The notes beneath the pieces are model-generated. The model had not been told where the DNA came from, did no database searches, and was given only the letters and a program-made list of their open reading frames with translations. Below, one piece after another: positions 44,174-53,790 of a stretch of DNA of 64,000 nt. The position numbers were made by a program, and so were the translations under genes. Positions within the stretch are counted from its first letter, which is position 1; every line of letters begins with the position of its first letter. This DNA comes from a virus: the IMG/VR virus record IMGVR_UViG_3300025326_000025. One strand, given 5' to 3'.

Positions 44174-45309
44174 CAAAGAGCCTCCAATTCTTTCTTGGCG
44201 ATCTCCGCGGCGTGGCGCCATGTCCACTTCTCGCGGATGTCCTTCGCCGCCTGTTCGCCCTTCGCCTTCGTCTCGTCGCGATTCTCGAAGGCGTATCGCA
44301 TGAGGAATCGGAGATGTCCGATGTCCGGATCGTGCCACTTCGCGTCCGGAACGTAGCTGAAGAATATCTTGTCGTCCACGTCCACGAGTCCCAGGTCCTT
44401 CACGATGAACGCGTTCGCAGGCGTCACGAAATCGGCGAGGGACGTCGTGTTCGGGACGATCGGGCACGTCCCGCACGCCATGGCCTCCATGGCCGGCAGT
44501 CCCCACCCCTCCCCGCGCGTCGGCAGGACGAACGCGTCCGCCGTGCGGTACATGCGCGGCATCAGCGGCTCCGCGAACTGCTGGAGGAAGACGATGTTCG
44601 CGTGCCTCGGGAGGTTCAGTTGGAACACCCTCTCATACGGGTCGAACTGGACGAACGGATTGAACCATTGAAGCCACAGCTCGACCTTCTCGTCCGGCTT
44701 GAACTCGTCGGCGAAGGCCTGGATCAGGAAATCCGTGTTCTTCCTCTTCTCCCACTTGCCGACGTAGAGGAACTTGAACGTGTCGTCGCGGACCTTCTCC
44801 TCCTTGCCGAACGGTTCCGCCTCCGGCTTGTAGAGTTCGGTGTCGGCGCCTCCGGGGACCACGGAGATTGGGCGGTTCACGCCCGACGACTTGAGCATCT
44901 TCGCCCCCCAGTTCGAGGGAGTCCACACGCGGTCCATCTGGTTGAGGATCCCGGCCCAGAATGCGGGCACGCGGTCGACCTCGAACATCGTGTACCCGAT
45001 CCGCGGCGTGCCGGGCGCGAAGGCCATGATGCGCGGGAAGGCGGACGACATGCGTACGCACGGGACGGATAGGTCGACTGCCTCTGCAGCACGGTTCAGG
45101 ATCTCGATGAGTTTCGGACTGAGTGTCTTCGGGTCTGGCGTGTCATCCGCGATGCCGACGACGTCCACGCCGAGTGCGTCGAGTGCGGTCACGAGGCCAC
45201 GGGCGAAGACGGAGTATCCGGTGAATCCGCCGTATGGGGACACGAAATTGACTTTCATGGTAGCAATCTCCCGAGCGCGAACCCGAGGACGAACAGTTGT
45301 CTCAGCCAT
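44173..45309 (-). CDS. Glycosyltransferase, GT-B/GT4 family
   Basis: TGYS...R, YTMFE, VP.G.D...Y.P, F.FLYVGKWE.RK, RGEGWGLP.MEAMACG; start at 45309 or 45258. Confidence 0.92.
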   Translation of the reverse strand: MAETTVRPRVRAREIATMKVNFVSPYGGFTGYSVFARGLVTALDALGVDVVGIADDTPDPKTLSPKLIEILNRAAEAVDLSVPCVRMSSAFPRIMAFAPGTPRIGYTMFEVDRVPAFWAGILNQMDRVWTPSNWGAKMLKSSGVNRPISVVPGGADTELYKPEAEPFGKEEKVRDDTFKFLYVGKWEKRKNTDFLIQAFADEFKPDEKVELWLQWFNPFVQFDPYERVFQLNLPRHANIVFLQQFAEPLMPRMYRTADAFVLPTRGEGWGLPAMEAMACGTCPIVPNTTSLADFVTPANAFIVKDLGLVDVDDKIFFSYVPDAKWHDPDIGHLRFLMRYAFENRDETKAKGEQAAKDIREKWTWRHAAEIAKKELEAL

Positions 45310-45313
45310 CGTG

Positions 45314-45544
45314 TCATTCCTGACCCTCCCCGAATCTCGGAATCCTTCCCTCCGGGTACGAATCCGGAGCAATCAGTTCCACACGGAATCGTTCGACGCG
45401 CCGCCTCCACCACCATCCGTGTCCGCTTTTCAGGAATGTCACCCAGTAGAGACAGTCCTCGTGGTAGTGCGCGCCTCTCCATTCACACCACGAATATCCA
45501 AGGATGTCTTCGTTGCAGTACACACATCTCCGAATCTCTACCAT
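45314..45544 (-). CDS. Small Zn-finger protein (76 aa)
   Basis: CVYC...HYHEDC; overlaps the terminase stop. Confidence 0.6.
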   Translation of the reverse strand: MVEIRRCVYCNEDILGYSWCEWRGAHYHEDCLYWVTFLKSGHGWWWRRRVERFRVELIAPDSYPEGRIPRFGEGQE

Positions 45545-47190
45545 CCAGCCACCTCCATCGACGCGCGCGTCTTCGGTCTCGCGCGGATGAACAGGGAGAG
45601 CATGGCCGAGGCTACGGCAAGGTCCTTGAATCCGTTCTTTGGCTGGCGGAGGACCGTCAGGCCGTTCTTCGTCGTCTCGGCTTGGAGCTGATTGTGCTGC
45701 ATGATCCAGTCCGACAGGAACGGCTCCTGTTCCGGGACGTGGATCATGCGATTCACGAGGGCGACCTTGTGGTTCTTGTGCATGAAATCGTTCGATACGT
45801 CGGACCCGCGGAACCCGTAGCGGTCCTCCTCCGCGTTCTCGTCCTTCCAGAGGCGAGCCTTCGGGATCGCGTTCTCGCCCTTCGTGAGCATCTCGATGAA
45901 GACGTCTTGCTGGGACGTCGCGTCGCAGATGAGGGTATGCCCGCGCAGGATCGCGAAGACGAGCTTGACGTATTCCACTTGGGCGGTGTATTCGACGCCC
46001 GTCGGGTATATCCGTCTCCAGAACAGATAGTACAGGTGGCCGCCACGGATCTCGCCCGCGAGGATCTCCGTGCGGTCGTGCGCCTTCGCCCAGTCCACCG
46101 CCATGACGACGTGGAGATTGGGACCCGGCGGAACCGGCATCTTGCTGTCGCCCGGATACACCGTGGACCCGCGTATGAAGTGCAACGGCACCTGCGGCGG
46201 TCGGTCCACGCACGCGTTCATGATCCCGCGGTCGTAGAACCGCCCGGACCTCGGCGGGAACGTCGCGTTGAGGTACATGTCGATCTCGTCGGGCGTCATC
46301 CCGCGCATGTCCCGCCGGATGTCCCTCTCTCGGAGGATGCCTTCATCCACGGCGGTCTTCCAGTCGATCGTGAACGTCGCGAGTACACGCTTCGCTCCGC
46401 ACTTCCGACATATCGTATCGTCCGGCGCGTACGGGTTCCCGCAGTCCTCGCATTGGTTCCATTCCTCCCATGTTAGGTCGAACTCTGGATTCGTCCGCAA
46501 GTCAGGCGTACCGATTCCGATGAAGTCCTTGCGGCTGAACGTGTCCCAGAGATACGGGTTGATGACGCCGGCCCAGATGGAACGCGGGGTCTCCTGAACC
46601 TCGTCGATAATCACGCCGTCTCCCATCTCCCCGAGATTCCATCGCCCTTCGGACGAAACGCCGATTGACCGGTTCTCGATCTCGGAGCCGTTCCCGAGAC
46701 GAATCCGCGTCGCCGTGTTCATCGTGTTCGAAAAGGGTTCGATGTAGTGCCCTTTGAACCACGGCATGTCGACGTACTTCCGGATCATCCGGAACATATA
46801 GTCTTGTCCGTGCGTCGGGACGAACACGATCTTCCGGGCGTTGTCCTTCCTGACAGCCCGGTGGAGCGTCTTGGCCGACACGAACGTGGTCTTTCCGACC
46901 TTCCGAGCGCAGAGACCGAGTGCTCGTTCCACGTCGTCGATGCGACGGTCGACGCGCACCTGCCACGGACTCAGCACGACCGGGTCGCCAGATGTGTTGT
47001 CGCAGGACACGGCCGTCCACGCTGGGAAGTCCTCGATGAGCCATCCATACAGTTCGTCCTCGTCGGAGGCTTTGATAACGTAGTCGAGAACGCGCTTGTA
47101 GATGTCGTAGCGACAGCGGAACAGCGGCTCCGTCGGACTCCGCTTTACCATCTCACGAATTGCCCCGATCCTCTTTTCGCTGAGAAGCAT
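45538..47190 (-). CDS. terL: Terminase large subunit
   Basis: Walker A ARKVGKTT, Walker B VIIDEVQE, GTP motif C, nuclease AVDWA..HD.T and KD...A; internal Zn ribbon CEDC...CRKC. Confidence 0.93.
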   Translation of the reverse strand: MLLSEKRIGAIREMVKRSPTEPLFRCRYDIYKRVLDYVIKASDEDELYGWLIEDFPAWTAVSCDNTSGDPVVLSPWQVRVDRRIDDVERALGLCARKVGKTTFVSAKTLHRAVRKDNARKIVFVPTHGQDYMFRMIRKYVDMPWFKGHYIEPFSNTMNTATRIRLGNGSEIENRSIGVSSEGRWNLGEMGDGVIIDEVQETPRSIWAGVINPYLWDTFSRKDFIGIGTPDLRTNPEFDLTWEEWNQCEDCGNPYAPDDTICRKCGAKRVLATFTIDWKTAVDEGILRERDIRRDMRGMTPDEIDMYLNATFPPRSGRFYDRGIMNACVDRPPQVPLHFIRGSTVYPGDSKMPVPPGPNLHVVMAVDWAKAHDRTEILAGEIRGGHLYYLFWRRIYPTGVEYTAQVEYVKLVFAILRGHTLICDATSQQDVFIEMLTKGENAIPKARLWKDENAEEDRYGFRGSDVSNDFMHKNHKVALVNRMIHVPEQEPFLSDWIMQHNQLQAETTKNGLTVLRQPKNGFKDLAVASAMLSLFIRARPKTRASMEVAGW

Positions 47191-47740
47191 CCTCAGCCAC
47201 CTCCACGGGTTCGACGTCCAGCACGGGGACGTCGATGATTGTCGCCTTCTCCTCCTTCTTCTTCGTCTCGAACTCGATGCGCAACGTGCCCTCATCCTTC
47301 GACGCCTCGAGTGCGAACGACTTCAATCGGTCGAAGAAATCGGACTTCGTGCGCGTCGCGCGGACGGACTGCATCGCGTCCAGGATCGTCTTGCGGTAGC
47401 GCATGATGGCGTCCACGGTCCGCGGGTCAAGCTTGTTCGGGTCTATCGTCTTCGTCGCGTTGTCCCACCGTTCGACGAACCATGCGATGATTGCCATCTG
47501 GACGTACTCCGTCCGGGTCCATGCGCCATCCGTGTCGGCGACGAGTTCCTCGACAATCGTCTGAATCTGCGACCGCTGTTCGTTCGTGAGGGTCGCGAGG
47601 AACAGATGCTTGTCCTTCATCTTGTCGAACTGCTTGATCGCGGACGCGACGACCGGTAGCGTCGCATTCTTCTTGCGGTACTCGCGTTGGTACGCACGCA
47701 TGTCCGCTGTCTTCTTCGGAGGCTTCACATCGTCGGGCAT
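47153..47740 (-). CDS. Terminase small subunit (probable)
   Basis: Basic N-terminus and helical body, directly upstream of terL. Confidence 0.55.
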   Translation of the reverse strand: MPDDVKPPKKTADMRAYQREYRKKNATLPVVASAIKQFDKMKDKHLFLATLTNEQRSQIQTIVEELVADTDGAWTRTEYVQMAIIAWFVERWDNATKTIDPNKLDPRTVDAIMRYRKTILDAMQSVRATRTKSDFFDRLKSFALEASKDEGTLRIEFETKKKEEKATIIDVPVLDVEPVEVAEDASQRKEDRGNS

Positions 47741-47741
47741 G

Positions 47742-47990
47742 TCACCTCGGACGTTCCCGTTGCTTACGCAGGAAGTCTTGAACGGCATCGGCGTCGGATG
47801 CGTCCGCCGGGTCCAAGCCGCGTTCGGCGAGCAAACGGGCGAAGGCGTCGGAGGCCGTCTTGGACTCCAAGTACCCCGTCTGAATCTCAATCGTCTCGAA
47901 CGCCTCTCGGACCAGGTCGACGAAGGTCTTCGTCACGCGTCCCGTCGTCGGATCACGGACCCAATCCGGAATCCAACCCGTCCCGGACAT
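47742..47990 (-). CDS. Hypothetical protein (82 aa)
   Basis: Start overlaps the upstream stop. Confidence 0.6.
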   Translation of the reverse strand: MSGTGWIPDWVRDPTTGRVTKTFVDLVREAFETIEIQTGYLESKTASDAFARLLAERGLDPADASDADAVQDFLRKQRERPR

Positions 47991-48298
47991 CACATCTTCT
48001 CCCTTGCCCGGATTGTCTCGTTGACGCCGACCGTGTAGACCTTGTGCCCGTCCTCGTCTCGTACTTCCAATGTCGAACCGGACGGCGGTGGCGCCGACGG
48101 TGGTCGCGGCCCACGTAACTCGAACATGACCTCGCAGACGAACGAACCCTCGATGGAGGCGATGGCGAATCGCTCTCGAATATCGGACAAGACCTCCGCA
48201 ATGGCGGCATCCAGTTCGTCCTTCGTGCACTCGATTTCCGACACGGCGATGCGGAGACCGGCGTCCGAGAAGTCCTGCGTCACGACGGAATGCGCCAT
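47990..48298 (-). CDS. Hypothetical protein (102 aa)
   Basis: Leaderless start 25 nt after a TATA-GTTGCC promoter. Confidence 0.65.
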   Translation of the reverse strand: MAHSVVTQDFSDAGLRIAVSEIECTKDELDAAIAEVLSDIRERFAIASIEGSFVCEVMFELRGPRPPSAPPPSGSTLEVRDEDGHKVYTVGVNETIRAREKM

Positions 48299-48315
48299 AT
48301 AAACGTCGTAGCCAT

Positions 48316-48337
48316 CGGCAACTATTTAGAGGTTGCC
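48316..48337 (-). promoter_or_regulatory. Palindromic TATA-GTTGCC promoter/operator
   Basis: GGCAAC-CTCTAAATA-GTTGCC-G. Confidence 0.75.
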
Positions 48338-48344
48338 CACCCGG

Positions 48345-49292
48345 TCACGGTTCTAGGATGGACTGAATCTCGTCCCAGAAGCGTCCGGGGATCTTCCGTA
48401 GCTCCGTCCGGACGGCTTCCGGATCGTTCCAATCCCACGGGTACGAGAAGTAGCCGAGACGGTCGTTCCGAACCATCTTCGCGCCGCACAGGTAGGCCTC
48501 GATTGCAGCCATCGGACCCGTGTCGTCCCATTGGCTCAGCATCATCCAATGCGTCGTGCGGTTCAGGAGTGCAACGAGCGAGTCGTGGTCGAGCTGGCCG
48601 AGCAGATGGACGTTTCGCACCAGTTCGAGGCGTCGTATCACCTCCGCCGGTCCTCCGCCGACGATGACGAACCGCATGTCCGGATGGAGGACGGCTTGCT
48701 GGGCGAGTTCGAGGGGGCCCTTGTGAGGGAACAGGTTCCCGTGGAACATGACCATGTTCGGATCCCGCTCCAAGCCGCGGTTCGGCCACGCGTCCGGGTC
48801 GATCCACGACGGATTCAAGATGGAGTTATCCGCGACTGTCCCGAGTATCTTCCGATACCAGTCCTTTTGCATCGGACAGGTGAAGAAGATGCGCTCCGCG
48901 CCTTGGAGGAACTCCTTGTACCAGCCGTCCGCGACGCATTCGGCGCAGTCGTTCTCACAGTTCTTGAGGTGCGTCTTGCAGAAACCCCAGTCGAACTCCA
49001 TCTTGACGTACGGCACGTCCTCCGTGATGGAGACGATGACATCTCGAGACCATCGGGCGATGTTCGTGAACACGACGACATCCGCCGCGTCCGTCCGGTC
49101 CTTGGTGCGCGCGAGGAGATCTTCTGGGGTCGCGGTGGTCCCATCTTCCATCCTCGACATGGCATCGATCGAGACGAACTCCACATCGATTCCGTCGGGC
49201 ACTCGAACGGCGAGTTCTTTCTGTGTTATTTCCATGCCGCCGTAGCCGCGCTCCTCGAATAGATGGTCGGTGACGAACACGACGCGCTTCAA
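48345..49292 (-). CDS. Glycosyltransferase, GT-B family
   Basis: YGGME, F.G.LFPHKG, W.DTGP.A.IEA.LCG. Confidence 0.8.
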   Translation of the reverse strand: MKRVVFVTDHLFEERGYGGMEITQKELAVRVPDGIDVEFVSIDAMSRMEDGTTATPEDLLARTKDRTDAADVVVFTNIARWSRDVIVSITEDVPYVKMEFDWGFCKTHLKNCENDCAECVADGWYKEFLQGAERIFFTCPMQKDWYRKILGTVADNSILNPSWIDPDAWPNRGLERDPNMVMFHGNLFPHKGPLELAQQAVLHPDMRFVIVGGGPAEVIRRLELVRNVHLLGQLDHDSLVALLNRTTHWMMLSQWDDTGPMAAIEAYLCGAKMVRNDRLGYFSYPWDWNDPEAVRTELRKIPGRFWDEIQSILEP

Positions 49293-49528
49293 CGTTCCAC
49301 CTTACCATGTGGATTCGGAACGTACACCGGGCATCGACTGACGCCTGCCGCGATGCCGGTCTCACGACAGACGGCGTACAGGAGAGCGGCGATGCGGCAG
49401 TTCGCCTCCGGATCGTGCGGCTTGAAGTAGACGCATGTGAAACACAGGCATCTCTCCCTCCGCATCTGGTCGTATTCGACGTCTGTCTGAACCTTCTGAC
49501 CGTAGTGCTCTTGCTCCTCAATCGTCAC
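49289..49528 (-). CDS. Cys-rich small protein (79 aa)
   Basis: CLCFTC...C...C...C; ATGA overlap. Confidence 0.65.
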   Translation of the reverse strand: MTIEEQEHYGQKVQTDVEYDQMRRERCLCFTCVYFKPHDPEANCRIAALLYAVCRETGIAAGVSRCPVYVPNPHGKVER

Positions 49529-49558
49529 AATCCCACCTCACTTGTAACGCGACGCGTT

Positions 49559-49708
49559 TCATGCTGGACACTCCGGATAATGCCGCACACTAGACCACGA
49601 CGGTATGCCATCTACGGTTACGATCGAGCCTTCACCATTCGGCACGATCTTGCCGCACTTGAAACAGAGCAGTTCCGGCGACGAATAGTTCCTACTTGTA
49701 TCCATCAT
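49559..49708 (-). CDS. Small Zn-finger protein (49 aa)
   Basis: CFKC...HYPEC. Confidence 0.5.
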   Translation of the reverse strand: MMDTSRNYSSPELLCFKCGKIVPNGEGSIVTVDGIPSWSSVRHYPECPA

Positions 49709-50264
49709 AGAACCCACAGCTCGAACAGATGTGCCCTTCGCTCCCACAGTCGTAGATGGCTTTCGACCCCGGGACCTTCTTCGCGCCATCCGGGAACGAA
49801 CTATATTCTTCGATGCTCTTGCTGGGATCGTTGCAGACCGGGCAGTCCATTTCGTATTCGCGGCTCCCGCATCCTTCGCAGCCGTGCTCAGCGAGATGTT
49901 TTCGTTCCATCGCATCGTTCTCCTCCGCCTCCTTGGCGCCGTGGTCGTGCGGATCACATTGCGCACAGCACAGTCCGTCCTCTCCCTGCCCGCATGTCCG
50001 ACATCTCCCGGTGACGTACCATGACCCATCGGACCTGGTCGTCTTGGAATAGGGCGGCCCAAGAACGAATCGATGTTTTGTCCTGATGTTGGTCAGCGGA
50101 CCGACACGACCGCAAGTGCATCCCTCGTGGAAGTGCAATCCCACCTCGCACCATGTCCGGTCCGGCTCCGTCTCCGGACCGAGAAGTCTCCCGACGAGTT
50201 CCATGTATGCGGACGGGGTCAGTTCACGACGGATCTTCCGAGCGAGTTCGAAGATGTTGATCAT
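49692..50264 (-). CDS. Multi-Zn-finger protein (190 aa)
   Basis: Five CxxC pairs plus additional Cys/His. Confidence 0.6.
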   Translation of the reverse strand: MINIFELARKIRRELTPSAYMELVGRLLGPETEPDRTWCEVGLHFHEGCTCGRVGPLTNIRTKHRFVLGPPYSKTTRSDGSWYVTGRCRTCGQGEDGLCCAQCDPHDHGAKEAEENDAMERKHLAEHGCEGCGSREYEMDCPVCNDPSKSIEEYSSFPDGAKKVPGSKAIYDCGSEGHICSSCGFYDGYK

Positions 50265-50338
50265 AATGCTCTCCTGAAGTTAATCCGGACTGCGCGCGCG
50301 GCGCTCCTTGCCCCACTCCCGCTTCGCGTCCTCTTCGG

Positions 50339-50452
50339 TCATACGAACTCCGGGCACTCGCAATCGGGCGCGGAGCATTGACCGTCCGGGCCGTCGTGAA
50401 AAGATTCGCCGTGGTAGCAATCGTTCCTTTTGCAGAAGTCCTCGTCAGTCAT
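50339..50452 (-). CDS. 37-aa Cys/His microprotein (not in the ORF track)
   Basis: MTDEDFCKRNDCYHGESFHDGPDGQCSAPDCECPEFV; ATGA overlap with upstream gene. Confidence 0.55.
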   Translation of the reverse strand: MTDEDFCKRNDCYHGESFHDGPDGQCSAPDCECPEFV

Positions 50453-50706
50453 GGATGGTGAGCCTCCGGCTCGATTCTACGTAGGCCGAGAACGTCATCC
50501 CGGCCCCGTAGTTCAGAAGTCGCGCCTTCGCCTTCCCTGCGGCGTGTGAGTCCAGCGAGTTTGAAAAACGTCGGATCATCCTCATCGTCCAACTTGACTG
50601 GGAGCCACTCCTGTTCAACGAATACCGGAGGTCCGAGAGCCGTCATACGCTTTCCCGCGTCGTACCATCCATCGCGTATCTGGAATCGCACGCCCTTCCA
50701 CCTCAT
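50449..50706 (-). CDS. Hypothetical protein (85 aa)
   Basis: ATGA overlaps on both sides. Confidence 0.55.
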   Translation of the reverse strand: MRWKGVRFQIRDGWYDAGKRMTALGPPVFVEQEWLPVKLDDEDDPTFFKLAGLTRRREGEGATSELRGRDDVLGLRRIEPEAHHP

Positions 50707-50891
50707 ATCCCCAACCTCCGGAGTGCCTGCGTCAACCGCGTGAATGTCAGATAGGACCGTATCGGGTGGCGGATGGCCTTCAGGAAGATTTCCTTGTCAT
50801 CGATCGCCAGCCAAATCAGGAACACGGGCCACAGATTCCGTAGGAACCTTCCAGGGTACTTCGGCATCAGATTCCAAGCCTCCCGTGCCAT
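50703..50891 (-). CDS. Amphipathic small protein (62 aa)
   Basis: MAREAWNLMPKYPGRF...; overlaps the end of the radical SAM gene. Confidence 0.5.
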   Translation of the reverse strand: MAREAWNLMPKYPGRFLRNLWPVFLIWLAIDDKEIFLKAIRHPIRSYLTFTRLTQALRRLGI

Positions 50892-52333
50892 CTCGGATCC
50901 AGTCCCGCGCGAAGACGGTCCTTGTGCTTCTCGATGCGTCGCAGGAGATCCACGCGTGCGTCTTCGGCCTTCCACGACTTGTAGTATTCGGGCGTGCGGC
51001 CGTTCCCGATTGCGTAGTTGAAGATGAGGAACGCGTCCATTCGCTCGTCGCGTCCGTACTCCTCCGTCCAGTACCCGACCTCGAGGTGCTCCCCGAAGAA
51101 CGCATTGTCCATGATCTTCGGATCCCGGTAGCCCTCACGCTGGGCGATGGCGGCGATCTGCGTACCCTCCATCACCTGCAGGATGCTGAAGGTCCCGAAT
51201 CCCTTCGTCCCGCCCTCCGTGATGTCCATCAGCTTGTTCAGCGTGACGAGGTCCTTCTCGAACGTCGAATCTGGCAAGCCGACGATCGTGTGACCGAAGA
51301 ACGGCATCTTGCGCTCGACGCAGAGACGCAGCGTCGCCTCGATCTCCTCGACCGTCTCGCCCTTCGTCACGCGCTTGAACACGGACGGCTCGAGGCTCTC
51401 GACGCCGAAGGACACCTGCCCGCATCCGCTCTCAAGGAGAAGATCGTTGAACTCCGCGTCGTAGAAGTCCGCCCGGAGGCCGTTTGGGCACCGCCACGGG
51501 AGGTCCTTCGGAACCTTGTCATCCGCCTTGAGCTGGATGATTCCCTGGCAGAAGGACTTCGCGTGTTCCGGCGCGACGCCCTTCTTCCGGCCGATGTTGA
51601 ACTCGTCATCGACGACCTCGAACTGGCGGAACCGGTGGAGTTTCCACATGGACGATATTTCGTCCATGCAGTTCTCGACGGACCGGTGACGCCATGCCCT
51701 GCCGGAGACGCGCTGGACTTCGCAGAACGAGCACAAGTACGGACATCCGCGGCTCGTCACGATCGGCCAGACAAGGTGCCCGCGGCGCCATCCGTCCTGG
51801 ATGTTCTCGAACGAGTCGAAGTCGCTGTAGTCGGGGAACGGCAGGTCGTCGAGCGACGTCCGCCTGGAGACGTGGTCGGGCCAGTATTCCGCCTCCCCCG
51901 GGACGAAAATGTCCACCTCGGGGTTCTCCGCGAGGAGACGCTCCTTCGCGGCCTTGGACGTGTCGTCGAAGACCCACGGAAGGCCACGGAGGGTCGGGTC
52001 GTCCGTCTCCATCCGGTCCGTGACATGCGCGCCGCCCCACAGGATCTTCGTGTCGGCGCGGACGCCGAGGTCCTTGGCTTTCCGGTCGAAGGCCCGCGTA
52101 ATCTCCTGGCTGCGCGCGTATGTCACCGTCTTGACCGTGACGCCGAAGTGCGATGTCTTCCCGGCGAGTCGGACGTGCCGATCAAGCGGGTACTCGCGCT
52201 TCGCGTAGTCGATCGTGCGAACCGTCTTTCCAAGTTCCTTCCAGGCGGCGTTCAGCATGGCTAGGCCGTTGTGGGGGACGCTCGTCTCGAACACCTGCAT
52301 CGGGTCGACGGTAACGAAGTCGTATATGGTCAT
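50867..52333 (-). CDS. B12-binding radical SAM enzyme (class B methyltransferase-like)
   Basis: GGAHVT..., PGEAE, LPFPD, TSRGCPYLCSFC (CxxxCxxC), DDEFN, FGVES. Confidence 0.92.
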   Translation of the reverse strand: MTIYDFVTVDPMQVFETSVPHNGLAMLNAAWKELGKTVRTIDYAKREYPLDRHVRLAGKTSHFGVTVKTVTYARSQEITRAFDRKAKDLGVRADTKILWGGAHVTDRMETDDPTLRGLPWVFDDTSKAAKERLLAENPEVDIFVPGEAEYWPDHVSRRTSLDDLPFPDYSDFDSFENIQDGWRRGHLVWPIVTSRGCPYLCSFCEVQRVSGRAWRHRSVENCMDEISSMWKLHRFRQFEVVDDEFNIGRKKGVAPEHAKSFCQGIIQLKADDKVPKDLPWRCPNGLRADFYDAEFNDLLLESGCGQVSFGVESLEPSVFKRVTKGETVEEIEATLRLCVERKMPFFGHTIVGLPDSTFEKDLVTLNKLMDITEGGTKGFGTFSILQVMEGTQIAAIAQREGYRDPKIMDNAFFGEHLEVGYWTEEYGRDERMDAFLIFNYAIGNGRTPEYYKSWKAEDARVDLLRRIEKHKDRLRAGLDPRWHGRLGI

Positions 52334-52336
52334 GTT

Positions 52337-53089
52337 TCACGTTTCTGTAACATATTTCCGGAGGTCCACTAGGTCCTCCTTCTCGTTCACGTTGAAGTAC
52401 GGCGCGTCGAACGGCACGACATAGACCGTGAGACCCTCGTCGACCGCGAGCTGGAACAGGTCCACCCAGTTAGGATGATCCGCGACATCCACCGCGCGGT
52501 TCGCGACCTCCTTCCGGACGATTGCGAGTCCTGTTCCGGCAATCGGTCCCGCCGGTCTCTCCTGCCAGATGAACTTCGGCTTCTCGATGAAACGGTGCGC
52601 GCGGACCGCCTGATGGTAGGAGATGAGATTCATCGGCGCGCCGAGGACCGTGTACGTCTTACGGACCATGGAACTGTCGCGGACGGCGAACAGCATCGCC
52701 GCGGCGCCGAGAGCCCGGCTACGTTCCCAAGCGGACGCGAACTCCCGGACGGCCTCGAGGTCGTACCACTCGTCCCCGAAGCACATGGCGACATCCTGAT
52801 TGAACGGAGCGAGGGACGCCAAATCGGCGAGAATCCCGCGTGGTTCACCACAAACAACGCTGACCGGCGCAAGACCCGGCGACTCTCCGTCCTTCATTCC
52901 GTCGATGATGTTGTCGCAGACGTCGTGGTTTCCGCCGGACAGAACGGTCACTTCATCGGACCCCACAGCCATAAGCGCCTCGACACCGTAGGTATACAGG
53001 GGTCGTCCGCCGACGTCGACCATCGGTTTCGACGTTGGATCCGCGCCGAGACGAACGCCCTTTCCTCCGGCGGACAGGACGCCGATCAC
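52337..53089 (-). CDS. Sugar-phosphate nucleotidyltransferase (GT-A/RmlA-like)
   Basis: LSAGGKGVRL...KPMVDVGGRP, FGD, FIEKP, YFNVN..ED. Confidence 0.9.
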   Translation of the reverse strand: MIGVLSAGGKGVRLGADPTSKPMVDVGGRPLYTYGVEALMAVGSDEVTVLSGGNHDVCDNIIDGMKDGESPGLAPVSVVCGEPRGILADLASLAPFNQDVAMCFGDEWYDLEAVREFASAWERSRALGAAAMLFAVRDSSMVRKTYTVLGAPMNLISYHQAVRAHRFIEKPKFIWQERPAGPIAGTGLAIVRKEVANRAVDVADHPNWVDLFQLAVDEGLTVYVVPFDAPYFNVNEKEDLVDLRKYVTET

Positions 53090-53106
53090 GAACAGTCCGT
53101 AGCCGT

Positions 53107-53128
53107 CGGCAACTATAAAGAACTTGCC
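53107..53128 (-). promoter_or_regulatory. Near-palindromic TATA-GTTGCC promoter
   Basis: GGCAAG-TTCTTTATA-GTTGCC-G, 25 nt before GTG 53089. Confidence 0.75.
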
Positions 53129-53452
53129 TCAGCGCACGAGGAGGTCCTCGACGCCGCGATTGCCAGGAACGGGTCCGCCCTTCAGATACCTAAGTGCGGA
53201 GCCGAGATCCCATCCAGAACCTTCTTGTTCGCGGTACGCCCGGACGAGCACCGCTAGAAGGCCTCCGACGGACCCGGCTTGCATATACATGACAATCTCG
53301 TCAAGGACGGCCGCGTCCTCCTCACACATCTCGACGTTGATGTTCGACCACGACGATCTCACCGAGGCGGAAACCGAGTTGCCCCCATCGCCTTCCAAAG
53401 GTATGCCCCGCAGTAACCTTTCGGTTACGAGGGCGCATGCACGCATGGGCAT
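53129..53452 (-). CDS. Hypothetical protein (107 aa)
   Basis: Fills the gap; plausible composition; start uncertain. Confidence 0.45.
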   Translation of the reverse strand: MPMRACALVTERLLRGIPLEGDGGNSVSASVRSSWSNINVEMCEEDAAVLDEIVMYMQAGSVGGLLAVLVRAYREQEGSGWDLGSALRYLKGGPVPGNRGVEDLLVR

Positions 53453-53483
53453 ATAATGGTAGCGCCCGGATATCCGGATGTTC

Positions 53484-53789
53484 TCACGACGGCTCGCGCG
53501 ACGCGCGCCAGAGCATGATGGCGTTCCATCCGACCGGGAAGAAGGACACGGACGCGGCGAGGGACCACAGGATCTCGCTGTCCTGCGAGAACGCCATGAC
53601 GGCGAGGAACCACGCCGCAGACGCCTTCGCGACCTGGAGTCCTTTGAATCCCCATCGGTCGATGAGGAACCTGCCGATCGGGTTCAGTTCCCTCCCGCCG
53701 TACTTCGTCAGGGCGATGCGCGTCGTGAGTGCGTCGAGCATCTGCCCGGAGAACATGAGGATTGCCCAGACCTCGGGCGGAAGGAACAC
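53484..53789 (-). CDS. DUF5658-like membrane protein
   Basis: LDALTT..AL..YGG.ELNPI followed by TM helices. Confidence 0.75.
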   Translation of the reverse strand: MFLPPEVWAILMFSGQMLDALTTRIALTKYGGRELNPIGRFLIDRWGFKGLQVAKASAAWFLAVMAFSQDSEILWSLAASVSFFPVGWNAIMLWRASREPS

Positions 53790-53790
53790 G

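Noticed and set aside
53466-53477. Palindrome CCGGATATCCGG and similar short palindromes (CTTCGCGAAG at 20681)
   Set aside because: Single short occurrences are expected in GC-rich DNA; no supporting context
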